Positions 56,410 through 64,000 of a stretch of DNA of 64,000 bases are shown piece by piece. Position 1 is the first letter of the stretch. Each line of letters starts with the position of its first letter. Position numbers and translations under genes: made by a program. Source of the DNA: a virus; the IMG/VR virus record IMGVR_UViG_3300044940_000489, positions 1 through 64,000 of that record. One strand, 5' to 3'. The notes beneath the pieces are model-generated. The model had not been told where the DNA came from, did no database searches, and was given only the letters and a program-made list of their open reading frames with translations.

Positions 56410-59400
56410 CTGTGGGTAGAGTACTTAATTATATCATTCCATGGCATATCTATGTCAACATTTTCTACATTTTCTAGTAGATTTTTAAGCTTTTCAATTT
56501 GATCTGGGTCCAATTTTTCTTTCTTTTTGAGAGTATCTGACCAAGTTGATTTGCCCTTAAGATATGGGTTGTGCTGCGTTTCAAGTTCGCCGTATTTAGA
56601 GGGCTTATAGCCCATCTTTTTAGGGTGCTGATTATAAGTAAATTGCATATGGGCTGGCACTGGCATAGGGAAGGATATTGGGTAAGATTCAATTTCAGAT
56701 TCACTCAGTAGGGGCCGCTGCTGTCTTATAATTTCTTTTGACTTGGCTTCCCAGTTTTCTGGAGTCATGCCCTGCTGCTTAATCCAGTTTTTGGCGTGGT
56801 TGACCGTTGCCGGGGGAAGTCTATCGCCAACAGATAGATCATTATTGATTATTTTTCCAATGTCCTGTAAATTGATGTACCCGGAACTTGACATTCCTGA
56901 CAGATCAGCTTTTTCTTTACTGTCCCAAATGTGAACCTTACTGCCAACTCGATTATTGTCTCTTAAGTGCTGCAGGAACGCCTCATGGAGTATTTCATTT
57001 GGATGCTTGTTATTAAAAAGTATCTCATTTATTTTATTATAATGCTCTTCTGGCCACTTGGCATGCGCGTTTGCGTAAGCTTGCTCGGCCTGCTGTTGGT
57101 TAATTTGGCCTGAGCTTAATGCGTCCTTTATCTGCTTTTGTGCCTGCTTGATAAATGACTGACCAAAATCAGACTGAATTTCATCTATATGTGTATTGCC
57201 TTGTTGATCTTGAGTATAGCGAACCCATCCAATAGTATTATCAAGAACTGGATGTTTTGAGCGCTTCGATGCCTCTTGCATGTTCTTAAAAGTTCCCCAA
57301 ACTCCCGACTCTTTCATCTTGTCTGCATGTTCTTTTGTGAAGTTTAACTGAAATACCTCAGATGGCTCATATGTATGGCGCTGCTCTTCCAGGGCATTCT
57401 CATATGCCTGCTCGTGCGTTACACCGTAATCGCCAGAATCGAAGTTGTCCATATGGCGATCTTTGGCCGATTGAACTTCGCGCTCATAAGAATCTTTATC
57501 TAGATACTTGTCGTCCTTCTCTGCCAAATAATCGTAATCATCTAAATTGAAGCCGTCTTCCCAGTCTCGTCTGGCATCGTCTAGCGCCTGTTCATATTCT
57601 TCATGAGAGTCGAAGTCAGTCTCGTCAAAATCCGGCTTAAATTGTTTATTATGATATTTTTTGATTTTACCATAATCAAGAAAATCACTCTTGTGTACGC
57701 CATAATCTTCTGGATTAAAAGCTTCTAAGTGATCTGACAGCATATCCTCAAGGTATCGAGGGCTATCTTCTGAGCCATAGCTCGTTTTACTAAAACCAAA
57801 TTTCATCTTGGGCTGAGCGTCTATGTGCCTCTGAATGTCTTCGTGATGAATATGTCCGGTGCCATCCAATAGATGCGATATTCCTAGGGCTTGCGGGGAG
57901 TGTCCGGCCAGCTCCAGATCTTTTTTGTGCATTTTCCCCTCGGAACCATTATTTATAATGTGGTCTCTTGCTGACCTAAGTTTATTAGTTCCTAAGGCAA
58001 ATTCAACTTGGTTTGGATCTGTATATATTCCTCTTTCTCTTAGTTTCTTGGACAAGTGCGTCCTATAATGTGGGCTTACTTGGCGATGAGCAAGCATCAG
58101 CTGATCCTCAGTTGTTTTGGGATTGTTGCCAAGCTTAAGCCAAAACGAATCGTCTTTATAGGGATGTTTTCGGGCCAAAACAGTATTAATTGCCTTTTCA
58201 ATATGTCTAGGCTCGGCATTAGGGTGATTAATAGCGTAATTGTTTGCTCTAGTGTCGCCGTGCGAAGCCAGCCAGTTGAGCTGCCAATCATCAAGATTTG
58301 CATCCTCATGCACGGGAACGCTTGAGGGTAGGGCTCCAGAGCTGGAGCTGAGTGCCTTCTGTACTTTGGCTATCCATGCAGCACGGTCCCTATCGATCGC
58401 TGGCTTTATGTGCCTGCTATGTTCTGCATTGGGGTGTATATGTATGCTTTTTCTAATATCTTCATCTGAGTGAGAAGCAATGACATCTAGTACTTCTGGA
58501 GAATACTTGCCTCGATACGTTGGATTGTCTAGAAGATCATGTAGCCTTGCTTGAGCCTCATCTTTTTCCCAGGAAAATTCTAAATTTTTAAGCGGCTCTA
58601 ATTTTTGATAAAGATCATTTAATTTACTCTCAAATAATTCTGGATCTTGAAATGTTCTGGCTGAGTGCTCTGGCATCGGCCATCCGTTACGGACCCTTGT
58701 TGCGGCTTCGTCTTTTATTAAGTCCTCAGTCTTATAGAGGTACGCCCTTAGCTTTTTAACATCTGAAGCCATAGCCCTATTGGGATCTGGGCTACCCATA
58801 GGTTTAATAGACAGATTAACCGACGGTAATCCATTTAAGTTTTGCCAAGCCTTATGGGCGTTCTGAGATACCGCGTAGTCGCTTTCTAGTCTGCCGTGAT
58901 GCGCCAAAGCAGCTGCGTATGCGAGCTTACCGTGACCGTGCCCAGCATGTTGTGGATTTACGTGAGACTCTGTGACTATTGGTTCATTTGTGTATGGCTC
59001 GATACTAACTTGGACTCTCGCCATATGAGTATCGTGTGGATGCTTAGAATCCGAAACAGCGTGATAAAAAATAGGAGATTTTTCTGGGCCATAATGTCCA
59101 GCAAAAGTATGATGATACAATCCGTTTTTAAGCTGCTTTGAGGACACGTGTTTATACGATTTAGGTATATCGTGCCAGCCGTCAAAGGACTCTAAGTTAG
59201 TGTTCTCAACCGGTGCCTTTTGTAGCTTCTCAAACTCCATATCAAAGTCTGCATCGTCAATTGACTTTTTAAGCTTAGGGGGGCTTAGGTCAATCTGATG
59301 TCCGTGATTCTCAGATGCAGGGGCCTCTTTTAGCGCAGAATCGTGGCCATAAACGGGCATGCCATAGCCTTCGTTCATAATTTCCTTGGCAGACATGCGA

Positions 59401-62246
59401 GCGGCCACAAGATTAGCATTATGCTTCTGCTCTTTCTCTTCTGGATTCATTCTTTTAAACCCAGAACTTGATCCCTCAATGTAACTAGATACTGAAGGAT
59501 AGTTCCTTAGGGCATGTGTGGGGTCTAAATTAGAAAGCCGCTGATGGTGCTCACGAAACTTTGTCGTATGGTGATCTGCTAGTTTTTGGTGCAAATCAAT
59601 GGTATCTGCGTCCATCGGAACGCGCCGATCGGATATTCCAGCCATAGGCGGATAGACTTTGGCTGCAGCTAAATTTTTATGAGCCTGAGCCAGCCAAGCG
59701 TGCGTATCCATTCCTGCTGCATGATCCTCAAGGAGTGCACCGACTGGAGTTCCAGTTGTTTTTCTTCCAATCTTTTTACGGCCCCCTTCAGTAAGGGGAA
59801 GCTCTTTATTATGGACTGGCTTAAAGCCCATAGATCTAGGCACTTTCTGGTAGCTCTCTTTATACACCGTATGCACTTTGTCAGCATTTGTGTGAGATGC
59901 CTTAGATTCTGGCGAGTGAGTGGATATTATGTTCACTCCGTTATCTTTGGCCATCGAAATTACTTTGTTGATAAGAGCTTCTCGCCAGTTCTTATGGTAA
60001 TTAATAATCTTGTTGACGTGCTCGGCCTCTTCAGACTTATCATTTTGATCCAAATAATCTCTGGCTGCAGATCCGAAATCTGACTGAACTTCATCAATCA
60101 TCCAGTGTCCTGGCTCATGAGTATCTACTCGTGCCCAAGCAATCGTATTAAGATTAGTGGGATGACCGGATCTTTGCGATACTTCTTGAATTTTTTGAAA
60201 TATTTTGTACGTGTTTGGATCTGCCTTAATTGGAGCAATAGACTCATTTGAGTGGTCTAGGCGAACGACAACCTGATCTCGATTGTTAATATTCTGCATC
60301 TTACTGCCATCCCATACTCCGTAAGAAATATTATAGTTGGTTTTAGGAATGGAGTCGCGAATCTTCTGCAATTCTTGTGAGGATAGTTTTCCTTTTTCTC
60401 CAAAGATCTTTTTCCAATTATCTTTAATATTTGGATGTATTTTATTTAAATGTCCAATATCAATAGAGCCGCCATTAGCGTCCGCATAATGCTGTGCCAA
60501 TTCTAAATGATGCTGTAGATCACCGTAAGCGTGCGTATTATTGCGATTTGGTATCAGCTCATCAAGTTTAGGTTTTAATGCAGCTTCTTTTTTAGCGGCC
60601 TCTAGGCGGGCCCTCTCTTCGGCAGTCCGTTTTTTATTTTCAATGTGCTCATTAACAGCCGGGAGCTTATCTTTCAGATGTTCAGGGAGAAAATCATAGT
60701 CTAGGTGCGCATTCTCCATTCTTTCGTCATGCATTCTTCTGGCTATTCTAGACACATCATCGGATATTGATTCTGAATGGCCTTCATAAATTCTATCCAT
60801 AGTCCGATCATCTAGGTGATCTTGTGGATTGGCACGCCTGGCCTCTAAAGCAGAATTATAGGCTTCCTGGGCCTCATCTCTTCGGGCATCATAATCGGGA
60901 TGGTCTTCAATGGAGTACGTGAAATCGTCGTCATCTGTTTGCCAATTATAATTTTCAGCAAGATGATTGTTGATCCATTCGTCTTGTTCCATTCCATCCA
61001 TTAGATCTGAGTCTTCTACGTTGTCTCTTATGTATTCACTTAATGGGTACTCTTCTTCTGCCTGATCTCTGGCATCTTCATAATAGTAATCATAGCTATT
61101 CTGAAAATCGTTTTGATTTTGAATCTTTGTTTTAAGCTGTTCTAAATCGTATCCGTGCTCATGGTTATCGTTTGCCCATTTATTGTGCATTTCAATTTGA
61201 TGTTGTGGGTCTATATGCTTATTATGAAATAATGCCCATTTTTGCTCAAAATTGCCATGACGTTTAATATAATCAATATGTTCTGGCGTTAAATGTGGCG
61301 AATTCCTAAGTATTTCCTTAGAAATGTCCGTTTTATATCCAAAGCCCGGGCTCATTAAATTATAATTTGTATCCGGCGAAGAGGCCATCTCTTCCGCATC
61401 ATCTATATCATATAGCTTAGCACCTTCATGCCCTATATATTTAGATATTATAGAATTTCTGTATGAGTGATCTTCTTCTCCAAGTAAATTTTTTGATGGT
61501 TTAATGGATGACAGTAGTTGTGGGAAAGCAGTAGCTCCTGCTTTGTTGTTATCTAGTATGTGCTTAATGTGCCTATTTTCGAGCAGATTTTTGGATGGGT
61601 CATTATGTTTTGAGTATTTATTAAGTGCTGCAACATCATTAGATTTTAATTTGTAATTAGTATTATATATAAGATGGTCGGCCAAGTCTTTATCGAAGAG
61701 CTTATGATTAATAAATTGGGATAAATCAATGTCCTTATCGGCACCGGTCTTAAAAATTTTAATTACATGATCTTTATTTAAGTTTTTTTGATCCGCTAGT
61801 GGAGTCAGATGCTCTCGGTAGGTTGAAATTGGAAATGAATCATGATTATCAATTATATGATGAATTGCCTCTGAAGATATTGGATAATCATTAATAATGT
61901 GCCGCAATCTGCCTTCATCAATATCCACATGTTTTGAGGTGGGTTTAACGCCGCCTTGCGACTGCGCAATGTGCGACAAAACTTTAGCCAGAGCCAAATC
62001 ATTATTTTTCTCGTTATTGTGTCTAGACTCATTTAGGTATTTTTTTAGTTGTGATATATCAAAATCGCTATGTCCGTAAGCGCCGGCCAATAAGTTGATA
62101 TATTCTTTATCGGTCATTTTGTGTCGGAAATACGCCGGGATGGCAGTATCGTCTGGTTTCCAAATAGCTTCGCCACTCTTGTCTTGTAGTGTGGGGTGCT
62201 TCAATTTGGCAATATATTTTGGTTCTGGAACTTTAAATTTAGCCAT
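56400..62246 (-). CDS. large polyvalent protein (1948 aa): two helical-repeat/E(I/V)QSD modules flanking a GNAT domain
   Basis: IAWAR..IDEVQSDFG and IGWVR..IDEIQSDFG; VNPQHAGHGHGKLAY. Confidence 0.7.
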   Translation of the reverse strand: MAKFKVPEPKYIAKLKHPTLQDKSGEAIWKPDDTAIPAYFRHKMTDKEYINLLAGAYGHSDFDISQLKKYLNESRHNNEKNNDLALAKVLSHIAQSQGGVKPTSKHVDIDEGRLRHIINDYPISSEAIHHIIDNHDSFPISTYREHLTPLADQKNLNKDHVIKIFKTGADKDIDLSQFINHKLFDKDLADHLIYNTNYKLKSNDVAALNKYSKHNDPSKNLLENRHIKHILDNNKAGATAFPQLLSSIKPSKNLLGEEDHSYRNSIISKYIGHEGAKLYDIDDAEEMASSPDTNYNLMSPGFGYKTDISKEILRNSPHLTPEHIDYIKRHGNFEQKWALFHNKHIDPQHQIEMHNKWANDNHEHGYDLEQLKTKIQNQNDFQNSYDYYYEDARDQAEEEYPLSEYIRDNVEDSDLMDGMEQDEWINNHLAENYNWQTDDDDFTYSIEDHPDYDARRDEAQEAYNSALEARRANPQDHLDDRTMDRIYEGHSESISDDVSRIARRMHDERMENAHLDYDFLPEHLKDKLPAVNEHIENKKRTAEERARLEAAKKEAALKPKLDELIPNRNNTHAYGDLQHHLELAQHYADANGGSIDIGHLNKIHPNIKDNWKKIFGEKGKLSSQELQKIRDSIPKTNYNISYGVWDGSKMQNINNRDQVVVRLDHSNESIAPIKADPNTYKIFQKIQEVSQRSGHPTNLNTIAWARVDTHEPGHWMIDEVQSDFGSAARDYLDQNDKSEEAEHVNKIINYHKNWREALINKVISMAKDNGVNIISTHSPESKASHTNADKVHTVYKESYQKVPRSMGFKPVHNKELPLTEGGRKKIGRKTTGTPVGALLEDHAAGMDTHAWLAQAHKNLAAAKVYPPMAGISDRRVPMDADTIDLHQKLADHHTTKFREHHQRLSNLDPTHALRNYPSVSSYIEGSSSGFKRMNPEEKEQKHNANLVAARMSAKEIMNEGYGMPVYGHDSALKEAPASENHGHQIDLSPPKLKKSIDDADFDMEFEKLQKAPVENTNLESFDGWHDIPKSYKHVSSKQLKNGLYHHTFAGHYGPEKSPIFYHAVSDSKHPHDTHMARVQVSIEPYTNEPIVTESHVNPQHAGHGHGKLAYAAALAHHGRLESDYAVSQNAHKAWQNLNGLPSVNLSIKPMGSPDPNRAMASDVKKLRAYLYKTEDLIKDEAATRVRNGWPMPEHSARTFQDPELFESKLNDLYQKLEPLKNLEFSWEKDEAQARLHDLLDNPTYRGKYSPEVLDVIASHSDEDIRKSIHIHPNAEHSRHIKPAIDRDRAAWIAKVQKALSSSSGALPSSVPVHEDANLDDWQLNWLASHGDTRANNYAINHPNAEPRHIEKAINTVLARKHPYKDDSFWLKLGNNPKTTEDQLMLAHRQVSPHYRTHLSKKLRERGIYTDPNQVEFALGTNKLRSARDHIINNGSEGKMHKKDLELAGHSPQALGISHLLDGTGHIHHEDIQRHIDAQPKMKFGFSKTSYGSEDSPRYLEDMLSDHLEAFNPEDYGVHKSDFLDYGKIKKYHNKQFKPDFDETDFDSHEEYEQALDDARRDWEDGFNLDDYDYLAEKDDKYLDKDSYEREVQSAKDRHMDNFDSGDYGVTHEQAYENALEEQRHTYEPSEVFQLNFTKEHADKMKESGVWGTFKNMQEASKRSKHPVLDNTIGWVRYTQDQQGNTHIDEIQSDFGQSFIKQAQKQIKDALSSGQINQQQAEQAYANAHAKWPEEHYNKINEILFNNKHPNEILHEAFLQHLRDNNRVGSKVHIWDSKEKADLSGMSSSGYINLQDIGKIINNDLSVGDRLPPATVNHAKNWIKQQGMTPENWEAKSKEIIRQQRPLLSESEIESYPISFPMPVPAHMQFTYNQHPKKMGYKPSKYGELETQHNPYLKGKSTWSDTLKKKEKLDPDQIEKLKNLLENVENVDIDMPWNDIIKYSTHRWA

Positions 62247-62857
62247 TATTCTTTACCAAAAGCTCTACCTAAATGATATAAAAACATGTGATCGTGGTGC
62301 CCAATTTTTTGGGCATGATCTTTAGCCTCTTGTATGGCTATTGATCTATTGTGTCTGTGCGCTTCCTGAAGTCGCCTAATTTCATCAGAGACGATTCCTA
62401 GTTCTTTATCCCACTCGCTCTTTTTAAGTTTATTAGATTGATCTCCAAAATTAAAGTTTAACTTAAAGTGAACTGGACCTTCGTCCGTGTGCATGACAGA
62501 GTGGTCTCCATCTGGTTTTTCTTTATAAAACTGCACTCCACTTCCATGCACAGAAGTACCAGCTTGAGGTCCATTCAAATATTTAAGTTCGTGTTTATTG
62601 TCCATTGAATGTATGACTGACTCCTGCCCTAGTTGTCTAGCCATTTCAGTCAGTCCTTTTACATTCTTTGGGTGCCTGACAAGAATAGAGCGCTCGTGCT
62701 TCCCATCATAATGACCATGCAAATCTAGTGCATCCTCTCCTGATTGCCTTAGAAACTTTACGGCCTCTTCAGTGCTGGGTACGCCGGAAGCGGTCACCTG
62801 ATGCTTCGGATTTTCTACAGAGAAAATAAAATAATGTCCAGGCAATACATGCTTCAT
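62246..62857 (-). CDS. SAM-lyase-like / DUF3293-like protein
   Basis: S.ENP, GHY....ERSILV, ARQLGQESVI. Confidence 0.5.
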   Translation of the reverse strand: MKHVLPGHYFIFSVENPKHQVTASGVPSTEEAVKFLRQSGEDALDLHGHYDGKHERSILVRHPKNVKGLTEMARQLGQESVIHSMDNKHELKYLNGPQAGTSVHGSGVQFYKEKPDGDHSVMHTDEGPVHFKLNFNFGDQSNKLKKSEWDKELGIVSDEIRRLQEAHRHNRSIAIQEAKDHAQKIGHHDHMFLYHLGRAFGKE

Positions 62858-63999
62858 GGCATTTCCTCTCTGTGTACTGGAATGCTATGGAACAATGCGA
62901 CCACATTAGGAAGTGTACTTTTAGAGTTGTAAAACCCGTGATAGCCTGCGTCTCTTATTTTGCCTAAAACCATGTCTGAATTGTAAGCCCCATTATTTGC
63001 GTCAACAGCCGCCTTAATGTGTCCCTCATGGTCATTTGCAAGATCATAGAGCTTATGCGTTTCAGGCAAAGTTACATGATATTTGCTTACTGCACCTTGA
63101 GTTACCAAATGCTCTGGCTCAGAATCGGCCCTATAGAAATAGCTTCTGCGTACTTCTGGAACTCCGTGCCTCGTTTCTTGGGACGGAGCGCCTGTTCCCA
63201 TGTAATTGGGGTCAATCTGTTTGAGGCCCTTAACTCTTGAGAAATGTATTAAATTTACTGGAGCGGATTCGCTTCTCTGGAGCTGTTCTGTGGCCGGCCT
63301 AAAATTATTAAGCAAGAATCCAGCTTTAGGGTGATACCTAAGCAGTCCTTCCTCAAGCATTTTAATGACCAATTGCCCCTCCGGAGAATTCCTATTATTT
63401 AAGGATTCGTGCCCATGACTGCCGCTATGCCTAACCATTATATCGCTAATTGGCTTATTTTTCAAATATTTAGATTGATCTTCTTTAACGTATGGCGTAA
63501 CTAGATGTTTGTGATCGTGATAGGCTTTAGACCAATGTGGACGACTATCTTCTAGTAAATGTTGGACAAGATTTAGCTCTGCGTTTCCTCGCCCTGGATA
63601 GCCACTTTGTCCTGCAGGATTGCCATTGCCGCTTCGATCTCTTCCTCGCTCCAAATCATATTCAAGTCCTGGCCGTAAGCCTCTACTACGGATCGGATCT
63701 CTTCCTTGGTCATCTCTGATACTTTTTTGGACATTTGGTGACTCCTTTATATTAAAAATGAAGTCTGTTGGTCCTGTAGCAAGTCCGTGCCGCTGCTTAG
63801 CCGTAATCTTCAGTTGATTGGGCTTGCTTGTATCTATATTAAAGTTATCATCGTTTAAAAGCAAGCTTTTTAGGTGTCTGGCTCTCAAAACGTGACGGTT
63901 CTTTTCGCGGTCATGGGTCGGTATAACGTGCCTATTGGGGTCTTTTTGTATTCTTTGAATTACTGCTTCCATAGCTTTTTTATGCTGCGGAGTAGGCAT
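62854..63999 (-). CDS. multidomain protein with C-terminal ART-PolyVal-like domain
   Basis: after LQRSE: LIHFS, DP...GTG, SYFY, LYDL, AGYHG, VVALF; start lies at the window edge. Confidence 0.6.
   Translation of the reverse strand: MPTPQHKKAMEAVIQRIQKDPNRHVIPTHDREKNRHVLRARHLKSLLLNDDNFNIDTSKPNQLKITAKQRHGLATGPTDFIFNIKESPNVQKSIRDDQGRDPIRSRGLRPGLEYDLERGRDRSGNGNPAGQSGYPGRGNAELNLVQHLLEDSRPHWSKAYHDHKHLVTPYVKEDQSKYLKNKPISDIMVRHSGSHGHESLNNRNSPEGQLVIKMLEEGLLRYHPKAGFLLNNFRPATEQLQRSESAPVNLIHFSRVKGLKQIDPNYMGTGAPSQETRHGVPEVRRSYFYRADSEPEHLVTQGAVSKYHVTLPETHKLYDLANDHEGHIKAAVDANNGAYNSDMVLGKIRDAGYHGFYNSKSTLPNVVALFHSIPVHREEMP
63573..63734 (-). CDS. nested 53-aa acidic protein (overlapping frame)
   Basis: AAGGAG-7nt-ATG; MSKKVSEMTKEEIRSVVEAYGQDLNMIWSEEEIEAAMAILQDKVAIQGEETQS*. 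Confidence 0.65.
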   Translation of the reverse strand: MSKKVSEMTKEEIRSVVEAYGQDLNMIWSEEEIEAAMAILQDKVAIQGEETQS

Positions 64000-64000
64000 T

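Overview
This 64 kb looks like part of a large lytic myovirus (contractile-tailed dsDNA phage) genome in the standard genetic code. The minus strand carries morphogenesis genes. From right to left these are: a ~21 kb block of large multidomain putative inner-head (ejected) proteins and neck proteins; tail sheath and tube; a homing-endonuclease-like gene; fibre/lysis genes; tail chaperones; tape measure; and baseplate hub, spike and wedge genes. Two plus-strand islands of small early-type genes (20.8-22.9 kb and 30.7-36.4 kb) interrupt this; the second includes tmk, CYTH, a trypsin protease and a PDZ protein. Highlights: (1) the head-region proteins look like polyproteins of enzyme domains (ART, lytic transglycosylase, PI3/4-kinase-like, GNAT, SAM-lyase-like, degenerate mCpol, EIQSD domains, a hypervariable 26-aa repeat) separated by recurrent L-x-K-[S/A/G] motifs, which are candidate prohead-protease sites; (2) an unannotated 53-aa acidic gene with a perfect RBS is nested inside one of them; (3) one intact tnpB sits with six non-autonomous relatives, three of which keep an omegaRNA-type 3' end with different guides and lie at promoter start sites; (4) eight copies of a bipartite IHF-like-site + AACTTAAT motif, a candidate late promoter; (5) a ~360-nt structured non-coding region. 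All family calls are by eye from motifs; no searches were run.
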